Below, in pieces: positions 53,247-64,000 of a stretch of DNA of 64,000 bases. Each line of letters starts with the position of its first letter. Position 1 is the stretch's first letter. The notes beneath the pieces were generated by a model. It was not told where the DNA came from, made no database searches, and saw nothing but the letters and a program-made list of their open reading frames with translations. The stretch comes from Leucoraja ocellata. Lineage: Eukaryota. The stretch lies in contig JAWMAR010000082.1 in the NCBI GenBank assembly GCA_036785375.1, forward strand, positions 6,882,001-6,946,000. Direction: 5' to 3'. The translations under genes were made by a program, and so were the position numbers.

Positions 53247-53612
53247 CGCTTGGGCAGCTTACTACTTGGGCAGTGGTATGAATATTGATTGCTCTCACTT
53301 CAGGTAGCCCTGGCATTCCCTCTCTCTCTATCCCTACCCCACCCAAGCCACACTAGTGTCTGATTTTCACCCAACAAACAGCTTACAATGACCTGTTTGC
53401 TTTATCATCGTTACTTTTTTGCATATCTTTCATTCGTTGTTCTTTATCTCTTCAGATCGTCTATATCTCTCGTTTCCCTTATCCCTAACCAGTCTGAAGA
53501 TGGGTATTGACGCAAAACATCACCCTTTCCTTCTCTCCAGAGATGCTGCTTGTCCAGCTGTGTTACTCCAGCTCTTTGGTTTAAACCAGCATCGACAGTT
53601 CCTTCTTACACA
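53247..53612 (+). mobile_element. Penelope-like element 3' end: ORF terminus + pLTR with decayed hammerhead
   Basis: cgcttgggcagctta...agtggtatgaatattgattgctctcacttcaggTAG (RLGSL...SGMNIDCSHFR*, resembling the L.tL.P.GLN end of GIY-YIG domains). A pyrimidine-rich UTR follows, then agtCTGAAGAtgggtattgacgcaAAACATC and the short-element body. Confidence 0.75.
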
Positions 53613-54989
53613 CTTTTAGAATCCATTTACATTTGTGCAACACATCCGATATAATTATACCTTTTTAATTTTTCATTTCACCTCTGGCTATGATCTGTCT
53701 TTTAAAAATATTTTTGTATTTTGTTTAATACCACATTTTAATCACCAATTTTTAGTTTATTAAATAAACAAAATCTGTATATTTAATCTGTGTCTGTTAC
53801 AATTTTCACGGTAATATGTTTTTCCTATCTCAAAGATCTGTTTCACTGAGAAATATATTTATTGTCACAAGGTGTTATGAAGTAACCATTAAAGGAGAAT
53901 CACCAGCGTGTAGATATTGGCCTTAGACAGATTCAAACGTAAGCCTTGAGCTTCCTTTTGCTACAAAAAGAGCCTTGAGAAACAGATGCAGCTTCAATGC
54001 AAATAGGTTCTGGGGTTCGGATGGTTTCATGGGGAGAGGGAGATGCTTGGATAGAGGCAGTAGTGTATGGTGAAGCTAACGAGAGGGGTCAGCCTGACCC
54101 ATCAACAGCCCATGTTGTTATCAAGAGAAACCAAAGTAGACCAAGAACAGGGCAGGAGTGGCGAATAGTTGGTGACCAAATTTCTTGAATTGGGATTTTG
54201 ATTAACATATTTAACACACCTAACCCTTGACCTTTGGCAGGTGCGATGGTCACTTGAAAGCTTTGAATGTAACAGCATTGCGCTTCTGAGATCACATACC
54301 CTGGACCATGTGTTGACAGCCTGCAACTGATATTTAATTTTAACTGATGTAAAAGCAGATGCCTTAACCTCCCTTCTGAAGTAGTTTTACTCTCTATAAA
54401 AACACAATCATTGTTGTCTGACCTGTTGTGTATTTTCAGCTTCTTTTTGTTTAAATTTAATATTTCCAGCTTCTGTGTTTTATTTTTCCAAAGTGGAAAC
54501 AGCATAACCATCAAATAAAACAGAATATTAGTTTTAGTGTTAAACCAGGAACACTTGTGTCATCCATTAAATTACCGACTATCATTTTTCTAAAGAAATG
54601 GTAATAAATTTCAGATGTTTTGGGCTTGATATTACACCACAATATATAACTCGTGCTGGTTTTTGATCAGGCTGGGATTAACATGCTAAGAATAGAAAAG
54701 CCACCTGTGGCAGGAAAGCACTTTATCAAGGGTGGTGTTAAAACCACTTTGTCTTAATAATGCCAAGTGCAAGTGACATTTCTACTAAGCAATACCACGC
54801 TTTATTTCAGGATCGTTTAACACATGTACAAAGACAAAGGAGAATTGAATTACTGAATTATTTTACTTTAAAAAAAATCAACTTAAAGATAGTGAAACAG
54901 ATATAATCATATTTGACACACGTGAACTTTCTTCTTATTGTAATGGAAAATTCCAAATAGTTCTCCCTTTTATCCGAATTTTAATTTTT

Positions 54990-55717
54990 GTACAGCCCAT
55001 CACACAAATCAGCCATTCCTCCCAATGACTCCACCTACACTCCACACGGCCTCGGGAAAGCAGCCAAAACAAGCAAGGGCCATTACACCCCCGTCATTCC
55101 TTCTTCTTCCTCCTATCGAGCAAAAGATACAAAAGCTTGAAAGCACATATGAACAGATTCAGGAACAGGTTCTTCCATGCAGTCATCAGACTACTGAATA
55201 GTTCTCTCATCAGCTAAGGATGTTGTCCCAGACTGGTGAATCTCTGGAACTCTCTGCCATAGAGGGTAGTTGAGGCCAGTTCATTGGCTATATTTAAGAG
55301 GGAGTTAGATGTGGCCCTTGTGGCTAAGGGGATCAGGGGGTATGGAGAGAAGGCAGGTACGGGATACTGAGTTGGATGATCAGCCATGATCATATTGAAT
55401 GACGGTGCAGGCTCGAAGGGCCGAAGGGCCGAATGGCCTACTCCTGCACCTAATTTCTATGTTTCTATGTTTCTATGTTTCTATGTCCCAATCCTCCAAG
55501 CTACTTCAATGCAACCTTTTCACCTTTTTTTTTAAATCTGCACTTTTCTGTAACTTTAATGCCATAACTTTGAACAATATGATTTGCACTCTGATATTTT
55601 TCTCTTTGCACTATCTTATGTAATTATGTATGGCGTGGTTGTACTCATGCATAGTATAATTTGACCGGCTAGTTTTTTCTGTATCTCTGTTCATGTGACA
55701 AAATAAACCAATACCAA
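54990..55717 (+). mobile_element. Rex1/Babar-type LINE 3' fragment, interrupted by a CR1 insertion
   Basis: cagcccatcacacaaatc...cctcgggaaagcagcc...agatacaaaagcttgaaagca...agattcaggaacaggttcttc (RYKSLKA..RFRNRFF), similar to the reverse of the 61845 copy. Confidence 0.7.
55231..55483 (+). mobile_element. 5'-truncated CR1 3' end with 7-bp TSD
   Basis: gtgaatctctggaactctctgcc...ggcctactcctgcacc + (TTTCTATG)4. Flanks tgtccca at 55224-55230 and 55484-55490. Confidence 0.9.
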
Positions 55718-55859
55718 TTATTTATCAAATTTATCAGAATTGTCATTGAATAACAATCATTGTCATTTCAAAACATTATGGATTCCTTCTATCCACACCA
55801 TGCTCACTTCTCATTGTATAAATTGGGCAGGAGGTACAGAAACCTGAAGTCCCACATCA

Positions 55860-56162
55860 CAGCGTGGGTAGTTGCTAACTTACAGCTCTTGCAGCGCCAG
55901 AGACCCGGGTTCAATCCTATGGGTGCTGTCTATACAGAGTTTGTACGTTCTCTCATTGACCGCGTGGGTTTTCTCAGAGATCTTTGGTTTCCTCCCACAC
56001 TCCAAAGACGTACACGTTTGTCGGTTAATTGGCTTGGTATTGTTGTAAATTGTCTCTAGCGTGTGTAGGGTAGTGTTAATGCACAGGGATTGCTGGTTGA
56101 TGCGGACTCGGTGGACCGAAGGGCCTGTTTCCGTGCTGTCTCTCTAAACAAAACTAAAATAA
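55860..56162 (+). mobile_element. HE1-like V-SINE inserted in an older Rex1-like fragment
   Basis: cagcgccagagacccgGGTTCAATCC, V-domain and ccgaagggcctgtttccgtgctg tail. The flanks (ggcaggaggtacagaaacctgaag / gtcagaaacagctacttt) read as contiguous Rex1 sequence. Confidence 0.85.
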
Positions 56163-57798
56163 ACCAGGGTCAGAAACAGCTACTTTCCTCTGGCCATCAG
56201 TTTGTGAACCATTCTGCACAACCCTAATCTTACTTGAGCAACGGAACATTACAGATCATGTCTTGCACTACCATGGACTTGCACTGAAGTCTTGTTTATT
56301 CTGTGTGTTGTCTGAAACTAAGTGCCTGTGATACTGCTCTTAGCAAGCTTTTCATTGTACATATACCTTGCCAATACACGTTCATAAGGCAATTAACTCA
56401 ATTTAACATTCTTCAATGGCAATTTGCTTCCTTCGTTAAAAAATGAAAATTATAATAAATTGTTTTAATATCACTATTGAATAACTGATACTTAGACACA
56501 ACTTTTAATAATTACTCATAGTTATATGATGCAGATTTGTATAAATGTTCAAATTATTTAAGTATGTGTTGTTATTAAAACAGCAGCCACTAAAATATAT
56601 TTTTCAATTAACTCCTAGTCCCATTTTTAGGTAGCATTTTACGTAAAGTCGTCTAAACGCAGGATCCTTTAACTGATATATGTTGTATTTCATATCTGAT
56701 AAAAATCTACTGTAAAACCAATCTTAGTAGTTAGTAGGGAGAAAAAAAGGTATTCATGTAGGTTATTTTCTTTCTCGCTGAAAAGAACAAGAGAAAATTT
56801 GAGTATTTTAAAGGGAGTGATTCTTCACTCAGCAGATGTTGGGTCAGTAAGGGGGCTATTACATCTTATGTACTAAGCTGTTGGGCAAATGACCAAGTGA
56901 ATTGTCTAATTCCCATAGCTGTTATGTGCATGAAACCACCCTCACTTTTATTTCCTAAACTGCTAAAATGACTGAGAAAAACTGCTTACACAGCAACTAA
57001 ATAAATAGCCCAATTTTCAGACAAAGGTTTTAACATTTCTGTTGAGTGCTTGAAGCATTTAAAGAAAAATAAGTGTTTTGAGTGGGTGAGGTGTTTTTGC
57101 ATTTAATATTTAAACAATATTTAAATACATACCAAGAATTGAAAAACACATTATAACGCCTTTAGCATTTAACGTCATTTCAATATTCCGATAAAGAACT
57201 AAAAACATTTTATATTCTTAGACTTGTTTTAATGGGGAAATTAATTTATCATGGCTACATGCTGGGGAATGCTTTGTTTTAAAAGTTTAAATGTAACTAT
57301 TTTTTAAACGCAAAGTTATCGACAGATTGCTGTAATTGAGAATCATCACATGCATAATAAAGGCACATCACTTAAATTCTGTGAGACTGCCATCTACTGG
57401 AATTTAGTTTGAATGTGTTAACATTTCCATTCCTGAAACATAAAGTGACACCTAGATAGGCAGTCTCAAAATCTGCTATACAATGAACTTGGCATAATAT
57501 GTGCGCAAGTCAAAAATCGTAAGGTAGAACATCTATGCATTTTTGCACAGTAGCTCCTGAGATTCAAATCATTTGTTGTGGAAGTGTTAAGCTCAGAGGA
57601 ACATGAAACTCAACATAACATTGAAAGGTAACTCCAATGAAAAACAGTTTGTTGTTTGGGGAAACATATCAACAAGCTGAAGGACCATCAGGCTAAGGTG
57701 AGCGGATTCTAATCCTTCACTGATTCTTGCTCTTGTTAAAACAAAAAAAAAGAACGTTTAAATTCAAAAAAAATATTTTCACTGGTTCAATTGTTCCC

Positions 57799-58070
57799 TT
57801 ATTATCATGTGTACCAAGGTACAGTGAGATGCATTTTTATACAGATCAGTAAGATTATGGCCATACATAAGTACAATCCCCAGTTGAGCACATAATACAT
57901 AGAAACAGCCCACTGAGTCCATATGTGATAGTCAGCAGGTTTTGGGATCATTTCACTGTCCCAAATGCAGGACGGCTCGATTGTAATCATGTATCATCTT
58001 TCCGCTGACTGGTTAGCATGCAACAAAAGCGTTTCACTGTACCTCGGTACACGTGACAATAAACTAAACT
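57799..58070. mobile_element. Two oppositely oriented Rex1/Babar-type 3' tails
   Basis: 57799-57832 is the reverse complement (5 mismatches in 34 nt) of 58029-58062. The right copy ends aataaactaaact like the 61845 element. Confidence 0.7.
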
Positions 58071-61000
58071 CAGCTAGTCATAAAGGTTTGTGGCAGCTGT
58101 TTACTCCATCTGGTCATCGATCACAAAGCTTTATCTTTATTTCAAATTGTGTTTATCTCCTCTGTTGCTCAATTATTTCACCTCATTAGCTTGTTTATGA
58201 GACCTGCCTAATGTGGGATGTCACCCTGATAATTCACTGCTCAAAGCTTCTGTAACGCCAGTGGGAATGATCTGGGAGGTCCTTAAATTGGACCTGAACT
58301 TGAAGCCCTGGATTCTGGTCTTTCATCAGATGGCCTTTAGTGACCAGAGGTTGACAGCAGCAGGAATCCCCAAATATTCGTTGCATCATTGAAAGACTGA
58401 GGATACTAAGTGTTGGTTGCGGATTGTCAACTTGGGGTCCAATTACAAGACTTTCATTGAACCCTGTAGCTTTAAAAGCTTATATTTAACACCGTCCCCC
58501 CCACTTGCTACCCAATCACCATCACTAGTACTGTTTTACAACAGGAACCAGCATGAAACCACCTTATCCATTCCAGGCACGAAGTCTCAATGCATCCCAC
58601 ACTCTGAACCTGCATCGTTGACCAGCACATGTGGCTTCCTGATTTGTAGACAGCCAAAATGTGGCCCTAGCAGTGTGGGCAACCATGAGTGTCATACACA
58701 GTAGGAATCCACATCATGAACTCACAACGCCCATTCGCATGAGTATGGGACATGCCCCAGAGTTGTCCCCCTTCAGACTTTCACCCCCCCTTTGAGCATC
58801 AACATTTTATTTATAAATGGAGCCCGGAAATTGATGTCATCTCTCCAGTTTCCATCCAGAGTAACTGTAAGGGGTAGAATGCTGGGTAAATAACTCCCTC
58901 TCTACATCAGCGAATAAGGACCGATTATAGCGTTCTGACCTTGGTCCTGTTTGAGATTAGACAAATTTCAAGATGGGCCACCAATAAAGAGAGTGTCTAG
59001 TTGTTTAGTTTTTCTTTTTTTATTGGGCCACCATTTTCTGTGTATGTACTTCCATTTTTTTTTTTTACAAAAATCTATTTGTTTTGTTTTCTTTCATTCT
59101 CCAACTCAGATTCTCTAACTTTGTGTTACATTCCTTTGGCTTTTCATTTAATTCCCTTGATACATCTTTCTTCATTTGCTTCACTTTTTAATCACCATAA
59201 TTTATCAGTTCTGTCTGTTTTATTCTCCCAATTTTCTCCATTAAAAATTACTCTTAAATGAACTCCAAACTCTATCTTTCCACATCATTTAACTCTGTCA
59301 AGCACTATCTTTACCATTTCTGTTTGCAATCATGCAACCGACATATCTAGAGTTGCTCGCTGAAAACATACATATGTTGTTGGCATTACTTGAAATTATG
59401 ACAGCTGCTTATGTTCTAGCCAATACAACTGCGTTGAATTATAGAGATTTTAGAATTTATTCTTTATTTGAGCACTGCTGGAAATTACTCCGACACTAAT
59501 GACAAAATATCATATTTGCATTAAATGCATTAAAATATTTCCACCAAATGTTCAATTTAGATTTTTTTTATTTATTATAGCAACAGTAGGGCTTAAAAAC
59601 AGCAATTCCACCCATTTGGAAATTAATAGATAAAATAGAAAAATTGAGCAATATCACTTGAAAAAAATTAACACAAATGAAAAAGATAATGCATTTGGGT
59701 TTTGTCAGTTGTGTTCTGTAAATCTAGCAATAGAATGTTGTTGCTTCTGCTTTAATTGACAGCCATGGGAAGGAAACAGAAACACTTAGCCCTCATACTT
59801 TTCAAATTAGATTATCATCACAATGAAATTCAGGTTAAATTACTGAAAAGCATATGCAAATTTTGATACATTATTTACAATTGTGTGATTATCTGTGTCT
59901 ATTTTAACATACACATTTGGAGTTTAAGCCTGATTTAAAAATATATATCTGGAACCTTTTATATTGATTTTAATAATAAAAATTCTGGATGTTTATTGCC
60001 AATTATATTTGTTCCCAACCTGTCACTATATTGAATCTGTGGCCAATTTTATTTCCTACAAGTTTATAATATTAAGGAGATAAATATGACAGCCTCTAGT
60101 GCATGATTATATATACACATTTTAACAGTTCTCCAGTATAATTAGTGTCTTCGTGGCATTCCTAGAGTGAAAAAATGTAACTGTAATTTGATGAAATTAT
60201 TTTTGCATAATACTTGTTGTTAATGTAGTTTCTGAAAACAAAAGCTTTGTGGCAGCAATAATTACTTTCTATATCAGTGGGTATTATTCATTAAATTAGA
60301 CCAATGATGCCATTGCAAAGAATGTATCCTTGTTTTATTAAGGGTAATGTGTATTCATTTACTTGCATATAGGAAGCAATTTAAATTAAAAGTTCCTAAC
60401 ACTTGTGGTTTTATTAGTTTATAAAGTCTAATAGTAATTGATAGCACGTTTAAATAATGTGTGACTTTGTGAATTGCAAGGGATCAATCTTAAGGATGTG
60501 TTGCAGTGACTCATTTTAAAATCTTACCGTAGGGTGACTTTTGTTATGTTTTTAATTGCATTATGGAGCTGGCTATTGATTTCAGGCCCTGGTAATTAAT
60601 AAAACAAGCTGTTGTTCAATAGCATTGAAACGTTTTGAAGAAAGTGAAATAAAAATGTTAAATTTATACAAATGTATATTTAACATATTTACCTTTTTTT
60701 GTGTGTTTTAATTTAGCACTTCTTATCAATATATTAACAATCAATTTGATTTTCTATAATTTATAGTTGCCTTTGTATAGGATGTTTATTTTCTGTTGCT
60801 CAGTACTTGATGAAAAAGTTTCCCCAAAGAGCTGGCAATGAAAAACCTCAGTAATTGTCTGTATTATATGGATCATTGACCTTGAACAGTGGAACTGTGT
60901 AACCGACTGTCCATTTATCTGGAAAATTACCACATGGCAAGATCAGATTAGACAGTTTTACACAAGATTTGCTACAGCGACTGCTAGTTTATTATTAGAT

Positions 61001-61844
61001 ACTAGACCTTACCAATCCCACCCCCTCCCCTGCATTGTATTGCCCCTTAACTAACCTGAGGTCAAGCTTTGATTATGTGTTGTAAGGCACTCCTGTTAAC
61101 CTTTGGAGTACTGCATTTCCATCTTGACGTGAACACCATGCGATTTTATCTGTCATTTTGACTAGTATAAAACAAAATAAGTAGTTCATCTATTTCTTAG
61201 GTCTACTGCATGCTTGAGAGGAAGATGAACAATCTATCCCACATCCGACACTGAAGCTCTGTACCTGCCTAGTTGGCTCATTCTTAGGGTTCTGATTTAT
61301 TGTCCGCAGAACATGAATGGCTGAGATTCACAGTGAAGGATCTGCAGGTACAAACTTGAATTGCAACCTTTGCATGGTATGATATGCATGATTCCCTGAG
61401 AATATTAACATTTTCAAAAGAATAACTGGTAAGAATGATTCCTTTAATAAATAAATGCCTGAAACTCAATGCAAGCAAACTTGCACAACCAAGATGTAAA
61501 TATGTATGTCTAAGAGCCTCTGATTAGAAATGGGCAACAGCTCAAAGCTGAGGGGCACAATCTGCCAAAACCATGGCTATCTCTCCCTGAGCCAATGTTA
61601 GACGCGCAGGAAAGTTCTGTGGCAGGCAAAAGCCTCATGTAAGACATGAAACAGCGTCCTTTGGACTATTCTGGGTAGTGTGTGAAGCATGCTATAACAA
61701 CGAGTTCCACTTATTGGTTTGAGAACTGAGTGGAATGATGCACCAGACCAGAAACCCAGTGTGGGGATTGCTGCTTATTCACATGTGCAAGACTGTCCCC
61801 AGCACCCAGCACTATGTGTTTTCTCCCTCGGTCCCCCAACAACA

Positions 61845-62630
61845 TTTAGTTTAGTTTATTGTCATGTGTACCGAGGTACAGCGAAAATATTTGTTTTGGG
61901 TGCTGTCCAGTCAGTGGAAAGACTACACATGATTAGAATTGAGCCATCCACAGTGTACAGCTACAGGATAAAGGAAATGATGTTTAGTGCAAGATAAAGT
62001 CCAGTAAAGTTAGATTAATGATAGTCTCCGTGTCTCCAATGAGGTAGATGGTAGCTCAGCCTCGCTCATTTTTATTGATGGTTCAGATGCCTGATAATAG
62101 CTGGGAAGAAACAGTTTTGAATCTGGAGGTAAATGGTTTCACACTTCTAATCCTCTTGCCTAATGGAGAGGGAAGAAGAGGGAGTGACTTGATTATGCTG
62201 GTGGCCTTGCCGAGGCAGCGGAAGTGCTGATGGTGTCTACGGAAGGGAGGTTAGTTTGTGTGATGGTCTGGGCTGCGTTCACAATTCTCTGCAATTATTG
62301 CGGTCTTGGATGGAGTTGTTCCCAAATCATGTTGTGATGCACCCCAATAAAATGCTTTCTACAGCGCATCTGTAAATGTTGGTGAGACTTGTAGGGGACA
62401 TGCCAAACATCCTGAGCCTTCTAAGGAAGTACAGGCGTTGGTGTGCTTTCTTGGCAATTGTTTCAATATGGCTAATCTAGGACACATTGTTGGTGATATT
62501 TACTCTTAGGTGCTTAAAGCTTTCAACAATCTCTACTTCGGCACATTCAATGTAAGTGTACTGGTTTGCTTCCTGATGTCGATCACTACAGTATCTCCTT
62601 TGTCTTGTTGACATTGAGAGATAGGTTGTT
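61845..62630 (-). mobile_element. Rex1/Babar-type LINE 3' part
   Basis: Minus strand encodes AKKAHQRLYFLRRLRMFGMSPTSLTNIYRCAVESILLGCIT...QRIVNAAQTITQTNLPS. (TTTAG)n tail at 61845-61857. Confidence 0.85.
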
Positions 62631-62744
62631 ATATTGACACCAGGTAACAAGGTTTACATTCCACCTTGCAGGTTTCAGACTGGTAGGCTATATGATGCAC
62701 TGTCTCATCACTGCCCAGAGTCCCAAGACAACTGCCCTCCCTCA

Positions 62745-62990
62745 AGGGCCTGTCCCACTTGGCGATTTTTTCGGCGACTGTCCGCATCATTGACTGACGT
62801 ATCCGGTCACCGATAGAGTCGCGGCGTGACGCTGCGTGATGACGTATTGATACGCCATGTCTCCTCAGGCGTCGCAACATTTTTTTTGTCGCTGCTGGAT
62901 TTTTAAATCTTCAAAATCTTTTGGCGACCCTGATACGACAGTCAATGATGCTGGCAGTCGCCGAAAAAATTGTCAAGTGGGACGGGCCCT
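62745..62990. mobile_element. MITE, PIF/Harbinger-like
   Basis: 246 bp, non-coding. Imperfect TIRs of ~68 bp start AGGGCCTGTCCCACTTGGCGATTTTTTCGGCGACTG. The 3-bp flanks are TCA and TTA. Confidence 0.82.
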
Positions 62991-63010
62991 TTACCTCCTT
63001 CACTCCCATT

Positions 63011-63316
63011 GGCAGCACAGTGGCGCAGCGGTAGAGTTGCTGCCTTCCAGCGCCAGAGATCCAGGTTCGATCCTGACTATGGGTGCCGTTTGTATAGAGT
63101 TTGTACATTCTCCCTGTGACCACGTGGACTTTCTCCCAGGCGGTGCTTCGGCTTTAATTTCCATATTCCAAAGAGGTGCAGGTTTGTAGGTTAATTGGCA
63201 TCTGTCAAATTTCCCCTAGTACGTAGGATAGGATAGGACTAGTGTACAGGTGATCGCTGGTTGGCTCTGACTCGGTGAGGTATCCTTCCACGATGTATCT
63301 CTAAAACTAAAACAAA
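63011..63316 (+). mobile_element. HE1-like V-SINE
   Basis: ggcagcacagTGGCGCAGCGGtagagttgctgcc, GGTTCGATCC B box, V-domain, tgtatctctaaaactaaaac tail. Confidence 0.9.
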
Positions 63317-63518
63317 TAAGACCCAGTTTTGTACAGACTGGTGACTCATCCAGCTACAATGTTTCACTGACCAGAGACTGGATACTTCTGGTGTGAAATC
63401 TACCTCAGATATTAACTGGCAATGATAGCAGCAGTAGTTAAAGGTCAACAGTCAGCTAATGTAATGATGTACAAATATAAAATACTCAATGTCATTGCTC
63501 TAAAGTCCATGTGGATAT

Positions 63519-63855
63519 CAGGTGTGAACTAGATTGCTTTTGGCTTCAGTGCTAGCTATCTGGGCATTCTATGTTCCTACATGAAGGATGACAATTTGAG
63601 CAATGTACTTGAGTAAGTAATAGCAATGCCTGGAGCAGTTTTCGAGCAAAGAGTCGATACATTCAGGAATTAACACAAAATAATGGAGGGGATCCTTGGG
63701 GGTGTGGGGATGTAATAATTAATATTACATTATTCTGATCTTTTGATGAGAGTTCAAGATAGAACAATTTTATTTTCATCGGGAGGTTTTTTCATCCTGT
63801 AACATTATCAAGCACTTTTGAAACAGGTGTGAACCAGATTGCTTTTGGCTTCAGT
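63519..63855 (+). repeat. 32-bp direct repeat pair, 305 bp apart
   Basis: caggtgtgaactagattgcttttggcttcagt (63519-63550) and caggtgtgaaccagattgcttttggcttcagt (63824-63855), 1 mismatch. Confidence 0.9.
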
Positions 63856-63967
63856 TGGATTCAACAAAATAAAACATGGTCGCATTGTTCAAATAAGAGT
63901 TTAAACGTAATCATAATCACATTTCAATCAGTGATATATATTTCTCCTCAGTGAATAGTTCTTATAA

Positions 63968-64000
63968 AGACACAAAATGCTGGAGTAACTCAGCAGGTCA
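63968..64000 (-). mobile_element. Penelope-derived short element (cut by window edge)
   Basis: agacacaaaatgctggagtaactcagcaggtca, same terminus as the 12881 copy. Confidence 0.75.

Overview
Vertebrate genomic DNA, very likely a cartilaginous fish (skate/ray), inferred from the HE1-like SINE, CR1/HER1-like LINE and Penelope-type repeat content. The only recognisable host gene is the 5' half of ebf3 (COE/EBF transcription factor) on the minus strand. Coding exons 1-6 run from 41020 down to 34811 (134/157/64/56/74/69 nt, all GT-AG, in frame, intact H157/C161/C164/C170 zinc knuckle). A very large intron 6 then runs off the left end (1-34810), and about 23 kb of upstream DNA lies to the right. A ~25 kb block around the promoter and first exons (24.1-48.9 kb) has no recognisable transposon, and from ~36 to ~50 kb it retains CpGs. 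Both flanks carry CR1 and Rex1/Babar LINE fragments, V-SINE/HE1 SINEs, a decayed IR/DR Tc1 transposon and a Harbinger-like MITE. The most notable signal is a family of ~90-370 bp Penelope-derived elements carrying a minimal hammerhead ribozyme motif. Several are flanked by 9-15 bp target-site duplications, and one inverted copy keeps an intact catalytic core in the sense of the ebf3 pre-mRNA. Most entries of the ORF track are chance ORFs or TE remnants. Repeat boundaries were read by eye and are approximate; no database searches were run.
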